A stretch of 64,000 nt of DNA from an uncultured virus (IMG/VR IMGVR_UViG_3300028588_000812) (IMGVR_UViG_3300028588_000812), one strand, 5' to 3'. Shown: positions 20,079 to 30,175, counted from the first letter of the stretch. Notes: generated by a model from the letters alone, not told the origin. Translations and numbers: made by a program.

Positions 20079-21038
20079 TTATCTATTATTGTTGCTATTG
20101 TTCTTTTCGTCTTGTGCTGCATTAATTTCGTTTGCCATTAAGCTAACCCAGACAGCATCTTGTGCTTGAACATCTGCCTTTTCAACTTTCTTTTCAATTG
20201 ATACACTATCTCCAATTGAAACTAAAGCTTTAGAAACGGTGTACTCTACTTCACCGTTAGCATCTTTTACATCAAATTTCATACCAATAGAGAATTTTTG
20301 TTCAGCAGTTCCGACAACGTTACCTTTTCCATCTTTAATGGTGTATTTTTGAAGAATAGGTGTTATGTTTCTGTCAATACTTCCACGTTCATTATTGTCA
20401 TAATCGTACATTGTTGCAGCTTGCATAACAGTTGCAGTTTTTTCAGCTTCGGAGCCTACCAAATTGCCTTCTGGGGTAAACATGCTGTAAGTATCGCCAA
20501 GAACAGCAATAGCTTGACCTTTCACAGAGCTAATTTCGCTACCACCAGCTTTAACCGTCCAGTTATCCCCAATACTGATAGCTGACTTCTTTAACTCAAT
20601 GCTATCAGAGCTATTTAATGTATCTAATACGCTTTGTGAATTAGCTTTATCTGCTGTTTTGTCTGGAAGTTCAGCGACAGTAACCCCACAACCAGTTAAG
20701 GAACCAGCAAGAATAGCTCCACCAGCAAGCACAGCCGTTCCACGACCTATTGCAGTAGTATAAGCTTTCTTCTTAGGTACTCTTTTGAGCTTCTTTAGCG
20801 CATTGTTTGTTTCTTTGCGTGCTTGATTAACAGCTTTACCGTATTCACGTGGTGTAATTTCACCATTAAGCATTGATGATCGTGCAATGCTTTCCATGTT
20901 AACATAACTGCTTTTTAGTTCTTGGCTGGTTTTATTAGCCATGCTAAAGTGCTCGCTTGATTTTGGGCAATGCACTTCAGCTTTACATGGAAAGAACCCA
21001 CTTTTAGGGGTCCAATGCCTTTTTGTCTCTGTCTTCAT
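20079..21038 (-). CDS. Lipoprotein-like protein with LURP-one/scramblase-like domain
   Basis: Internal lipobox LTGC; beta-repeat pattern (SIGDNWTV, KFSIGMKFDV). Confidence 0.6.
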   Translation of the reverse strand: MKTETKRHWTPKSGFFPCKAEVHCPKSSEHFSMANKTSQELKSSYVNMESIARSSMLNGEITPREYGKAVNQARKETNNALKKLKRVPKKKAYTTAIGRGTAVLAGGAILAGSLTGCGVTVAELPDKTADKANSQSVLDTLNSSDSIELKKSAISIGDNWTVKAGGSEISSVKGQAIAVLGDTYSMFTPEGNLVGSEAEKTATVMQAATMYDYDNNERGSIDRNITPILQKYTIKDGKGNVVGTAEQKFSIGMKFDVKDANGEVEYTVSKALVSIGDSVSIEKKVEKADVQAQDAVWVSLMANEINAAQDEKNNSNNNR

Positions 21039-21057
21039 ATTCTATATATAACAGGTG

Positions 21058-21366
21058 TTAACTAGTTACTTTTCGTAAAAAATTAATTAAAGGTTGAACG
21101 TTTATTGCTATTCCACTAGTAGATACTAAATATTTGTTTTTATCTAATGTGAATTTGGCATTAACAGTCACATCAATGTCAGAATAAATTTTACCATCTT
21201 CATCTTTAGCTGCTTCTACACTAAAGCTAACACCTTCTGGCATTTGTGATGGTTTAACGTTCTCTAGAAAATTAAGTAATTGTTTTGCTTCATTTAATGC
21301 TTCTTTAGTAGGGTTAATGTAACTACTTGTGGTGGCTCTGGTTAATAGTGTTGTAAGAAATAGCAT
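21058..21366 (-). CDS. Hypothetical protein
   Basis: ORF; GCCGATA element just upstream. Confidence 0.6.
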   Translation of the reverse strand: MLFLTTLLTRATTSSYINPTKEALNEAKQLLNFLENVKPSQMPEGVSFSVEAAKDEDGKIYSDIDVTVNAKFTLDKNKYLVSTSGIAINVQPLINFLRKVTS

Positions 21367-21410
21367 GTTTTTGATATCGGCTTTGACTTTAATTGAAAAA
21401 TATTAATAAT

Positions 21411-21431
21411 TTAGCGTCAACTTGACGAAAA
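21411..21431. promoter_or_regulatory. NrtR-type operator
   Basis: 21-bp TTAGCGTCAACTTGACGAAAA with GT-N7-AC core, upstream of pnuC-nadR. Confidence 0.6.
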
Positions 21432-21498
21432 ATCTGTTATAGATAAACAAAACAGTGTATACTAAAAATATAACTACAAGACAAGGATAAAACCTAAC

Positions 21499-22230
21499 AT
21501 GATCAACAAATTGAATTTTCTTAAAAACTGGACACTCTTTGAGAAAATATGGCTTTTCACATCAGCCGCAATCCTATTTGTTCTAAGCCTCATCTGGCAT
21601 GACACGCCATTAGGCTTCGTTTCATCAATTACAGGTATCCTTACCGTAGTATTCGCAGCTAAAGGTAAAATAGCGACCTTCTACTTCGGTTTAATCCAAG
21701 CTGGAACTTACGCTTACATCGCTTACGGTTACGGATTATATGGAGAAGCAATGCTTAACGCTTTCTTCTACTTCCCAACACAAATTATTGGTTTAATTCT
21801 ATGGATGCGCCACAAGAAAAACCAGACAACAGCAGTTAACGGTGAAGACATTTACGCCAAACGTCTTACAAAGAAACAACTACTTATTTTCAGCCCAATT
21901 GTTCTCGCAGCAGTTCTTGGTTACGCGGTTATTCTAGAAACAATTAACGCTCAACAAGTAAGACTAGACAGCATCGCAGTTGTTCTTTCAATCGCAGCAC
22001 AAATACTTCTACTATTACGTTACGCCGAACAATGGATAATGTGGATTGTAGTTAACGTTCTAACAATTGCGTTATGGTTCTTCACCTTAGTTCAAAGTGG
22101 TGGAAACGACTGGGCAATCTTCGCCATGTGGGTAGCCTTCCTAGTTAACTCAGTATACGGTTACATTAACTGGCGTAAACTTTCAAAACCAGAAAACGTA
22201 GAAAAGAAAAAACAGGAAGTTCTCGCATAA
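21499..22230 (+). CDS. pnuC: Nicotinamide riboside transporter
   Basis: Multi-TM; AKGK, YGEA, EQWxxW, NSVYGYINW. Confidence 0.92.
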   Translation: MINKLNFLKNWTLFEKIWLFTSAAILFVLSLIWHDTPLGFVSSITGILTVVFAAKGKIATFYFGLIQAGTYAYIAYGYGLYGEAMLNAFFYFPTQIIGLILWMRHKKNQTTAVNGEDIYAKRLTKKQLLIFSPIVLAAVLGYAVILETINAQQVRLDSIAVVLSIAAQILLLLRYAEQWIMWIVVNVLTIALWFFTLVQSGGNDWAIFAMWVAFLVNSVYGYINWRKLSKPENVEKKKQEVLA

Positions 22231-23303
22231 TGGATTTTGGACCAGAGATAGAAACATACAAAGGCAAAACCATTGGAGTATATGGAGGCAAATTCTTCCC
22301 CTTCCATAACGGACACCTAAGCTTCATACTTAAAGCCCAATCAATGGTAGATATCTTATTCGTAGTATTACAATATGATGAAGACCACGAAAAAGCGTTA
22401 ACCAAAAATACACCATACGAATGGGTAGAACCACGCAAACGTGAAAGATGGATTACCGAAGAACTCAAACAGTTACCAAATATCCGTGTAACATCACAAT
22501 ACGAAAGACGCTCACCAGAGCATATGTCAGACCCAAGTATAGCTGTTACATACAATCAACTGTTAGAAGAAGTAGGTGGTAAAATTGACATTATATTCAG
22601 TAATACACATGATTATGATGAATACTTTGCCAAATATTTGCCTCAAAGCAAACATGTAGTTTTCTATGAAAACAGAGAAGAAATCAATATCTCCGCAACA
22701 CAAATTAGAGAACAGAACGTTTACAACACATGGGAATACTTACCTCATTCTGTTCAAACGTTTTATACCAAACGTGTGGCCTTATGTGGAATAGAATCAG
22801 TAGGTAAAACACACATGAGTAAAATGTTAGCTAAAAGTTTCTCTACTGTGACAGCACCTGAATATGGCCGTTTCTATTATGACGAACTGAATGCCTACAC
22901 AGGAATTGACCAAGAAACAGATTATATTGATATTGCAACAGGTCATTGTTATCTTCTTAACCAGGAAGTGAAAAAAGCACACAAAGTTCTTATTGCTGAT
23001 TCCGACTTAATCTACACACAGTTTTTCTACATGCAATCATATGGTAAGAAAAATGAAGTGTTAGATTTAATGATTAAACAACATGCAGATAAGATTGACG
23101 AATATTTATACATTGAGCCATACAATTTTCATGAATTAGATGGAACAAGGTTACATGTAGATGATGAAAAACGTGCACAAAATAATGCTCAACTTAAAGA
23201 ATTATATTTAAGTTATGGTGTAAAAATTACTTTCATCGCAGAAGCAGATAGAGACAAACGTTATCAAGCATGTGTTAACAAAGTAAAACAAATATTAAAC
23301 TAA
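22230..23303 (+). CDS. nadR: Bifunctional NMN adenylyltransferase / NR kinase (NadR without HTH)
   Basis: GGKFFPFHNGH, ISATQIR, GIESVGKT, EYGR; TAATG coupling to pnuC. Confidence 0.92.
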   Translation: MDFGPEIETYKGKTIGVYGGKFFPFHNGHLSFILKAQSMVDILFVVLQYDEDHEKALTKNTPYEWVEPRKRERWITEELKQLPNIRVTSQYERRSPEHMSDPSIAVTYNQLLEEVGGKIDIIFSNTHDYDEYFAKYLPQSKHVVFYENREEINISATQIREQNVYNTWEYLPHSVQTFYTKRVALCGIESVGKTHMSKMLAKSFSTVTAPEYGRFYYDELNAYTGIDQETDYIDIATGHCYLLNQEVKKAHKVLIADSDLIYTQFFYMQSYGKKNEVLDLMIKQHADKIDEYLYIEPYNFHELDGTRLHVDDEKRAQNNAQLKELYLSYGVKITFIAEADRDKRYQACVNKVKQILN

Positions 23304-23309
23304 AACAAA

Positions 23310-23342
23310 ATGAGCCTCACCATTAATTTGGTGAGGCTCATT
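23310..23342. terminator. Bidirectional intrinsic terminator
   Basis: Hairpin ATGAGCCTCACCA/TGGTGAGGCTCAT. Confidence 0.8.
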
Positions 23343-23354
23343 TTGTTTAATTAC

Positions 23355-23615
23355 TTAGTTAGTTACATACTCTTCGTTCTTACCAACAATAGTAACTTCC
23401 CAGCTAACAAACCAATCAAGGTCTTCGGTTTCGCTGTGAGGATAATGTTCATCAATGACAGCAGCTTTTCCTTTTGCGAAAACAAACCATACAGAAGTTT
23501 CGCCTTTATCCGCGCCACCGTGCAGAGCTTTTCCTACAAGGATGATTGACCCTACTGGGATATCCATAAGGTCATCAGGTGCAACAACCTGATTGCCACG
23601 TAAAGTATTTACCAT
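23355..23615 (-). CDS. Hypothetical protein (start trimmed to MVNTLR)
   Basis: AGGAA SD; longer ORF overlaps tRNAs. Confidence 0.65.
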   Translation of the reverse strand: MVNTLRGNQVVAPDDLMDIPVGSIILVGKALHGGADKGETSVWFVFAKGKAAVIDEHYPHSETEDLDWFVSWEVTIVGKNEEYVTN

Positions 23616-23681
23616 TAATAGTTTCCTAACTAATTGAACAAAAACAAATATCCCAGAAACATTTTCTGGGATATTTTCAAA

Positions 23682-23759
23682 TGGTTGCAGAGGACGGATT
23701 CGAACCGACGCTCTCTTGGTTATGAGCCAAGCGGGATGACCGAACTTCCCTACTCTGCG
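23682..23759 (-). tRNA. tRNA-Met(CAT), initiator-like
   Basis: C1:A72 mismatch, CCA encoded. Confidence 0.88.
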
Positions 23760-23760
23760 G

Positions 23761-23834
23761 TACCCCGTACCGGGTTCGAACCGGTGTCCTCCTGAGTGAA
23801 AGTCAGGCATCCTAGACCACTAGACCAACGGGGC
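23761..23834 (-). tRNA. tRNA-Glu(TTC)
   Basis: Cloverleaf. Confidence 0.95.
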
Positions 23835-23943
23835 AGATATAGTAACAGAGCTTACTGGCAGAGAGTTGAACCACCAGCCTTGCAAAGAAACTTGCCGTGC
23901 ATAATTCTCTTACACTACGCTAAGTTACTACATTTTGTTGCTA

Positions 23944-24062
23944 TTACAAATTACTTGTGTTACAAATTACTCATTACAATTACAAATTACTATATTGCAT
24001 TTCATTTATTACTTGTTACAAATTACTCATGTTACAAATTACTTGTTACTATTTACAAATTT
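23944..24062. repeat. Degenerate direct repeats of TTACAAATTACT
   Basis: About 5 full copies plus partials, irregular spacing. Confidence 0.8.
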
Positions 24063-24121
24063 AAATTAATCTATTTCAAGAAGCGTGATTAATTTAAATT
24101 AAAAACCAATTAAGGTTTTCG

Positions 24122-24196
24122 TTGCGGGAGCAGGATTTGAACCATGCGACCTCTTGGTTATGAGCCAAGCGAGCTACCGAACTGCTCCACCCCGCT
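24122..24196 (-). tRNA. tRNA-Met(CAT), initiator-like
   Basis: Paralog of 12879-12952. Confidence 0.85.
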
Positions 24197-24245
24197 TCGT
24201 TATATTAACTATAGCACACTTTTAGAAAAGAAACAACTTTTATTG

Positions 24246-24626
24246 TTACATTCCGTATTTTTTATCGCTATGATATTGTTCCCAGCCTTCAGGACTACTC
24301 ATATCTTTCCAACCAAGAAGAAATACCCTAGGTGCAACATAAGGTTGACCAGCAGAATTTACAGCTTTGTATCCATCGTGAACAGAAAAGTGAACATCAA
24401 TATAATTAGCAACAAATTCTTTAACTCCGTTACCAGAACCATAAAAACTCTTAGAACCTTCTTCAGCAGAAAGTTTTATGTTTAGTTCTACTCTTATCTG
24501 TAGCTCTTTACCTCTATGACGGTAAGTTGCATCAGAAGGGTAGTTAGAGTTACCAAAGTAAAAGAGTTCTTCAACCCATTTTTCTTTACTGCTAACTGTC
24601 TTAATGTTTTCAGTGTTATCTGACAT
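24246..24626 (-). CDS. Hypothetical protein
   Basis: AGGAA SD. Confidence 0.75.
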   Translation of the reverse strand: MSDNTENIKTVSSKEKWVEELFYFGNSNYPSDATYRHRGKELQIRVELNIKLSAEEGSKSFYGSGNGVKEFVANYIDVHFSVHDGYKAVNSAGQPYVAPRVFLLGWKDMSSPEGWEQYHSDKKYGM

Positions 24627-24677
24627 GTTTTCCTATTCTGTACAAATAAAATCATACCAGAAAAGAAAGAAACCCCG

Positions 24678-25046
24678 TTAAACTAAAGCTGAAACAGTAG
24701 AAATGCTAACATCCACGTTCTCTTCTGAAATAAGAACAGAAATGTTTTCTTCCTGAGTAACAAAAGAACGTAAAACTTGTTCAGATAAAGCAACATTGTT
24801 TACACTAATACGTAAATCATGTTCAGAGTTACGTAACTCAACAAGTAACAAAGCAATTTCAGCAAAATTACCATGACGGACAGCTTTATCATAAGCTAAC
24901 TTATTGAAAGCAAAAAGGGAAGAAGCTCCACTAACTTTACTTTTAACAATAAGAAGATCGTTTTCTAAACGTTGTTTCATTTCAATAAAACGTTCGTTTA
25001 CAGAAGAAGTTACATTAGGCACCATTGCCAGAGAAATATTATCCAT
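24678..25046 (-). CDS. Hypothetical protein (start trimmed to MDNISL)
   Basis: Longer ORF overlaps tRNA-Leu. Confidence 0.6.
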   Translation of the reverse strand: MDNISLAMVPNVTSSVNERFIEMKQRLENDLLIVKSKVSGASSLFAFNKLAYDKAVRHGNFAEIALLLVELRNSEHDLRISVNNVALSEQVLRSFVTQEENISVLISEENVDVSISTVSALV

Positions 25047-25127
25047 GATGTTTATATTATAACAAGATAAAGTTTCAGGGAAAACAAAAATGGTAACTAA
25101 ATTAACTTTAGTTACCATTTCTTGATG

Positions 25128-25211
25128 TAGCCCAGGTGGGACTCGAACCCACACTCCCGTTCGGGAACTTGATTTTAAGTCAAGCGCGTCTGCCAATTCC
25201 GCCACTAGGCC
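25128..25211 (-). tRNA. tRNA-Leu(TAA)
   Basis: Cloverleaf, long V arm. Confidence 0.95.
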
Positions 25212-25276
25212 AAAGGCGTTTCTTTGTTACTTGTATTACTATAACACATAAAACGTTTTAACGCAATTTTGTGTTG

Positions 25277-25360
25277 TAGCTCAGATGGGACTTGAACCCA
25301 CATGTCCTCACGGACAGAGCATTTTGAGTGCTCCGCGTCAACCAATTGCGCCACTAAGCC
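25277..25360 (-). tRNA. tRNA-Leu(CAA)
   Basis: Cloverleaf, long V arm. Confidence 0.93.
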
Positions 25361-25453
25361 TTACTTGTTACAACATTACTATCGGTACAAATAAATGAAA
25401 GAGAACTACAAATCATGGTAATATTACAATAATACTTCACAGAACGGAAATAT

Positions 25454-25852
25454 ATGACAAACGCAGATAGCATTCGCAACCGTCAACAAAAACTTCAACA
25501 TAACATTGCCAAAGGCAGAGAACGTGGCGCAGCGCGCAGAGAAAAAGAACAAGCATCATATCAATACAATGTTCTTGTCCAAGGAATTATTAACAAAAAA
25601 GCTCAAAATAAAGCAAAGCTTAATGCATTAGCTACTAAATACGACAAAGAGTTGACCGTTGCAAAGAAACGAGCTAAAGCAACCGGCAACCCAGAACATA
25701 AAAAAGAAGCAAAAGAATTAGCTAAACATAACGCTTTTGAATACGCCAAAACTCGTTATGCTTTAAAAGCAGAATACAAAGCTGTCAAAAAAGCAAACAG
25801 GGAAAAACAATCTGAAATTAGCCTACTCAGAACAGCGATTTTCCCCTACTAA
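25454..25852 (+). CDS. Basic helical hypothetical protein
   Basis: K/A-rich ORF followed by terminator hairpin at about 25861-25903. Confidence 0.75.
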   Translation: MTNADSIRNRQQKLQHNIAKGRERGAARREKEQASYQYNVLVQGIINKKAQNKAKLNALATKYDKELTVAKKRAKATGNPEHKKEAKELAKHNAFEYAKTRYALKAEYKAVKKANREKQSEISLLRTAIFPY

Positions 25853-26085
25853 AAGATTGCATAAGTTCGGCCCCACCAGAATTAACTGGTGGGGCCGAAC
25901 TTATATTACAAGCCTGTTTAAGCTCTTATATGTGGACTACCGACAACCACACCAGAAACGCTTAAAACCCTCTCAAATGAGCTACAGCAGCCGCAGGATA
26001 GCAACTGTGGTTAACGAATAACTACACATAGTTTTGGGCAAAAGTTAAGGGCCAGACAAGTATCTGTCTGGCCCTGATTTAGGGT

Positions 26086-26292
26086 TTAACCCCTAATTGC
26101 TACCCCACCTACCTTAGTAGCGTAGAAGTTAGCGGCCTTAAAGCCATTGAACCCATCAAGGGTTTTGGTGTAAGCCCTCCCCTTCTCGTCAATCTCTTGA
26201 CTTGTTAGGGTAACTCCTTGAACACTCACAACTTTCCAGTTGTTAATATCCAAGCCGTTGTAGCGGTTTTTCTTTTCTGTGTTTTCGCGCAT
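26086..26292 (-). CDS. Hypothetical protein
   Basis: AAGGA SD; terminator at about 26049-26075. Confidence 0.7.
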   Translation of the reverse strand: MRENTEKKNRYNGLDINNWKVVSVQGVTLTSQEIDEKGRAYTKTLDGFNGFKAANFYATKVGGVAIRG

Positions 26293-26424
26293 AATTTGCG
26301 TCCTTTCTTGATAACGAAATTATGCGAGTCACGTTTTGTGCAAAATACTTTGCCCTTTCATTTACAGCTACTATCGCGGCTGTAAAATAACTATAGCACA
26401 GAAATTAAAATAATCCAGAAATTA

Positions 26425-26688
26425 TTACTCCCTGAAATCTCCATCAATAGCGCTTTCCTCTTCAACCTCAGTAGTAGGTTCAGGACTGCCCGATTCAGCA
26501 TCACTAACTGCCTTCTCAAAGTCCTTTTGAGATTGCTCTTGTCTAGCCTTAACCTCTTTAGCATTTTCAACTATAGCGGAAAATGCAAACACGCCTCCCA
26601 CAGAGAGTGCAACAACAATACTGGTCGTGACAATGCCATCAACAAGGCTAAAACCTTCTTCATTGTCTCTATGATTGAAAGATTTCAT
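26425..26688 (-). CDS. Type IV pilin-like mini-protein (ends DFRE)
   Basis: EEGFSLVD prepilin-like site plus TM helix. Confidence 0.8.
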   Translation of the reverse strand: MKSFNHRDNEEGFSLVDGIVTTSIVVALSVGGVFAFSAIVENAKEVKARQEQSQKDFEKAVSDAESGSPEPTTEVEEESAIDGDFRE

Positions 26689-26689
26689 A

Positions 26690-26866
26690 TTATTTCCTAA
26701 AATCTTCCTGCTGAGATGAGCCAGCTTTCATGTTATCTAGTTGACTTTGCATAGCAGAGAAACTTATTACCCCGCCAACCATTAACGCACTAATAATAGC
26801 GAAAGTGATAACAGCATCAATAAGGCTAAAACCTTCTTCATTGTTTCTATAATTGAAAGATTTCAT
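26690..26866 (-). CDS. Type IV pilin-like mini-protein, 58 aa (not in ORF track; ends DFRK)
   Basis: Translated by hand: MKSFNYRNNEEGFSLIDAVITFAIISALMVGGVISFSAMQSQLDNMKAGSSQQEDFRK. Confidence 0.8.
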   Translation of the reverse strand: MKSFNYRNNEEGFSLIDAVITFAIISALMVGGVISFSAMQSQLDNMKAGSSQQEDFRK

Positions 26867-26867
26867 A

Positions 26868-27029
26868 TTATTCCCTAAAATCTAACTGTTGAGAGAAACT
26901 AGTTTTCGTATTGTTACTTTGGTCGTGCGCAGTAGAGAAACTTACTGAAACAACCATAGCAAGCGCTCCAAAAAGCATGATAAAAACAAGTAACTCAATA
27001 AGAGAAACCTCACTACTTAATTTTTTCAT
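26868..27029 (-). CDS. Pilin-like mini-protein, 53 aa (not in ORF track; ends DFRE)
   Basis: MKKLSSEVSLIELLVFIMLFGALAMVVSVSFSTAHDQSNNTKTSFSQQLDFRE. Confidence 0.75.
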   Translation of the reverse strand: MKKLSSEVSLIELLVFIMLFGALAMVVSVSFSTAHDQSNNTKTSFSQQLDFRE

Positions 27030-27075
27030 CTAAAATTGTATATCTTTCTATATTAAATTATTTACCCTAATGTGT

Positions 27076-27246
27076 TTAAGGTAAGAAGTCAGGGTCCATA
27101 AAGTCATCACCAAGATAACCAACAGAGTTAGTAGCATCTAAAATATTATCAAACACAACAAATGTGGCAACCGCTGCCGCAATGGCAAACAACACAGCCA
27201 CAGTAAAGAAAATCTTAGGTCCAGTTAAAGCAAAATTAGTTTTCAT
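27076..27246 (-). CDS. Single-TM mini-protein, 56 aa (not in ORF track; ends DFLP)
   Basis: MKTNFALTGPKIFFTVAVLFAIAAAVATFVVF...DPDFLP; GAAGGA SD. Confidence 0.7.
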   Translation of the reverse strand: MKTNFALTGPKIFFTVAVLFAIAAAVATFVVFDNILDATNSVGYLGDDFMDPDFLP

Positions 27247-27471
27247 AGTATTTATCCTTCAATATACTCATACAAACAGTTTAACAAACATCCATAGAAA
27301 AACTCATAATTGTACTAGCACAAGTTATCTAACGCTCGCGCTTACCTAACTGGTCAACCTTACTAATAAAAATAATAATATTGATAAACATAGGAAAAAT
27401 AATTGGTCTACGATTGACCTTAGGTTTAGCATTTGACTTGCGTTTAAATAACTTCATGATAACCAGATAAC

Positions 27472-27717
27472 TTATGGAAGGAATGTTGGCGCAGCAGCTT
27501 TAATAGCGTCAGCTTGAAACAAAAAATAAACAGTTGGAATACTAAAAGTAACTATAGCAGCCACAAATGTAGCAACATAGTTATTTAGAGTAGGCTCCAA
27601 ATAACCATCCCCAGTGAAAGTAATAAATCTCTTCTTAACTGGCTTTGTTTCAGCCTTAGCTTCTGTTTCAACCGTAACAACAGTTTCCTCTAAGACAGCG
27701 GCATGTGCTAGTGACAT
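27472..27717 (-). CDS. Single-TM small protein (ends TFLP)
   Basis: GAAGGA SD. Confidence 0.7.
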   Translation of the reverse strand: MSLAHAAVLEETVVTVETEAKAETKPVKKRFITFTGDGYLEPTLNNYVATFVAAIVTFSIPTVYFLFQADAIKAAAPTFLP

Positions 27718-28022
27718 AATATATCCTTCTCTATAATAAATTCTTACTCAAAGATTAGCATGAATGCCAAAGATACCTCATAATGAACCGCCTAACTGCT
27801 TCAACCACCGTTCACACGGCTGTGGGTCTTTCGGGCATTCAGGTTTGCGGCCACTACTACAATGCCTTGTTCGTAATATAAGTATAACAGATGGGATATG
27901 ATTAAACCAGACAACTTAGTATATTTATGCAATAAATATTATCTAATAAAAAGAAATAGCCTATATACTATAACAACCGACCTGGCGGAAACCAGACACA
28001 AACAACTAATAAAGGAATAATT

Positions 28023-29015
28023 ATGTCAAAAACTGACAAAAACAAAAAATTTGTGACACTTGAAGGTGTACGCGCAAGCTATAAAGCTAAAGATGACACC
28101 ATTCATCTAACCTCAACTGACCCAGACGTACAAGCAAGTGGTTTTCATTTAAGCCTTAACAAAGGCACTCAAACCGAAAAGACGTTACGTAATTTATTAA
28201 CAAAAAATGGCGTAATACAAGCGCAAGATGAGTTCAGTGCTATTACTTCTACAGAACAAAACTTTAATGTTAGTCAACACAAAGGGACAATAATAGCAGT
28301 AAATTCACCAAAAAACGGAACAGGAACAACCACCTTTGTTACCAATCTTGCCCAAACAATTATTGATAAATCAGAACACACCAAAAAAGTAATAATTGTA
28401 GAACTACCCGGTCTTATTGGAGAATATGTTTGGCTTACAGGTCAACATTCGCCAACAACACTCAACTATTATCTTGAGCAAGAAAAAACTTTTATTAACT
28501 TACAAAAAAGCATCATAAAACATGGTGAACAACTAGATATTCTTATGGCACCCCAAAAAGTGTCATCAATACCCGTAGAAGAGCTATATACAAATATTTT
28601 TATGCATCTGAAAAAAGAATATGATTATATTATTCTTGATGTTCCAGCTAATTCAGGCCAAGAACCATTAATTGTAGCGAATGCAGATGCAATCACATTT
28701 ATCTCAGACCTTGCAGTGTTATCATTAAGCAGACTAGCATACTTAATACAAAACATAACCGATGAATACAAAAATCAAGACAAAGAGTATAAAAACAAAA
28801 TAGGTATTGTTCTTAACAAAACATATCCAAATTCCGGATTAGATATTAAAATAATAAAACGTTTCATTGGTCCGCACGATTTCCCTATTTTAGCAGCAAT
28901 ACCCATGAATGAAGATATCTTCCAAGAAACAAACAAACCGTTAAAAGAAAGAAAAATAATTCCAAGTTACGTTAACCCAATCAAAAGAATAGCGCAACTA
29001 CTACTTATGAAATAA
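28023..29015 (+). CDS. CpaE/TadZ-like MinD/ParA-family ATPase, degenerate Walker A
   Basis: SPKNGTGTTT, YDYIILDVP, IVLNK. Confidence 0.75.
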   Translation: MSKTDKNKKFVTLEGVRASYKAKDDTIHLTSTDPDVQASGFHLSLNKGTQTEKTLRNLLTKNGVIQAQDEFSAITSTEQNFNVSQHKGTIIAVNSPKNGTGTTTFVTNLAQTIIDKSEHTKKVIIVELPGLIGEYVWLTGQHSPTTLNYYLEQEKTFINLQKSIIKHGEQLDILMAPQKVSSIPVEELYTNIFMHLKKEYDYIILDVPANSGQEPLIVANADAITFISDLAVLSLSRLAYLIQNITDEYKNQDKEYKNKIGIVLNKTYPNSGLDIKIIKRFIGPHDFPILAAIPMNEDIFQETNKPLKERKIIPSYVNPIKRIAQLLLMK

Positions 29016-29081
29016 GCTTGCATACATATAGGTGAGGCCCAACTGAATTAACAGTTGGGCCTCACCTATATACAATCCAGT

Positions 29082-29312
29082 TTACTTATTGAAATCAGTG
29101 TTCTCATCAGCAAACGAAATACCACGATCATGCAACTGGGTCATAGCTTCACTACGACCTTGAAACCCACCACTTATAGAAATTAACATAAGTACCATTG
29201 CCGCCACAAAAGGTACCAAAATTATTGTACTCGTAACCGAATCGCCATGCTCATTTCTAGCAAACCTAGACCTAATCATTTTTAACATATTATTTTCAAC
29301 TTTCATATACAT
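29082..29312 (-). CDS. TadE/Flp pilin-like mini-protein (ends DFNK)
   Basis: RNEHGDS plus TM helix. Confidence 0.7.
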   Translation of the reverse strand: MYMKVENNMLKMIRSRFARNEHGDSVTSTIILVPFVAAMVLMLISISGGFQGRSEAMTQLHDRGISFADENTDFNK

Positions 29313-29314
29313 TC

Positions 29315-29554
29315 TTATTTTCTAAAATTATTCACAACGCTCAACCCAGTGGCAGATACGCCAGGAAAAGCAGTAGGTAAAATGGGCACACTATGACCAA
29401 AAGCAATTTCAGCCACAGCATTAACTATCAAAGCAACCAAATTGTAAGCAATAAAAAACAATAACGCTAAAATTACAATTCTAAGGATTAAAGCTACAAC
29501 AAATTCAGCTAAACGTAACAAAACAAAGCGAATTTCTAATACCAATGAGAACAT
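29315..29554 (-). CDS. Hydrophobic small protein (ends NFRK)
   Basis: TM helix; shared C-terminal motif. Confidence 0.7.
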   Translation of the reverse strand: MFSLVLEIRFVLLRLAEFVVALILRIVILALLFFIAYNLVALIVNAVAEIAFGHSVPILPTAFPGVSATGLSVVNNFRK

Positions 29555-29591
29555 TAAATCACCACAGCTTTAGCTAAAATGTATTCCATCG

Positions 29592-29912
29592 TTACTTCCT
29601 GAAATCTGTCTCAACAGTAGGCGAAACGCTCTCAGAAGGTTCCTCATACTCAGCACAGGCAGCCCCAGAAGAATTCTCAATACAATCAGAAATAGCTTTT
29701 GCTTTGCTAGCAACAGCACCACCTATAATGGAAACAATAATGCAAAAACCTATCGCTATAGGCAACATGTATCCAATACATTGAATAATATCAACAAAGC
29801 TATGTTTTGGTTTCTCAACTTTAGTTTTGCCAACCTCAGATTGTGGCAAAACTTTCTCTTTAACTAATGTATCTTCTATCATTGCTTTCTCTTTAATTAA
29901 TATGTCTTCCAT
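29592..29912 (-). CDS. Pilin-like protein, paralog of 29915-30175 (ends DFRK)
   Basis: Shared IxDCIE...C.E...PSES..PTVETDFRK tail. Confidence 0.75.
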   Translation of the reverse strand: MEDILIKEKAMIEDTLVKEKVLPQSEVGKTKVEKPKHSFVDIIQCIGYMLPIAIGFCIIVSIIGGAVASKAKAISDCIENSSGAACAEYEEPSESVSPTVETDFRK

Positions 29913-29914
29913 TA

Positions 29915-30175
29915 TTACTTCCTGAAATCTGTCTCAACAGTAGGCGTGGTGCTTTCAGAAGGTTCAAATTCGGAACACTCAGGGTTACTCTGAGGGCTTT
30001 CAATGCAATCAGCAATCTTGCTAGCAGAATTACTCAAACCATTAGACATCAAAGTTACAACCAAAAGGGCCATAACAATAAAACCACAAATCATCAAAAC
30101 AGACTCAACAATAGAACCTTCCTCATTGCTGCTTACAATACCCAGCTTGCTTTTAGCAAGCGCAACTATATTCAC
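29915..30175 (-). CDS. Flp/Tad pilin-like protein (ends DFRK)
   Basis: NEEGSIVE plus TM helix; Cys pair. Confidence 0.75.
   Translation of the reverse strand: MNIVALAKSKLGIVSSNEEGSIVESVLMICGFIVMALLVVTLMSNGLSNSASKIADCIESPQSNPECSEFEPSESTTPTVETDFRK

Noticed and set aside
23944..24062. CRISPR array
   Set aside because: Repeats are 12 bp with very short irregular spacers, and no cas genes are present.
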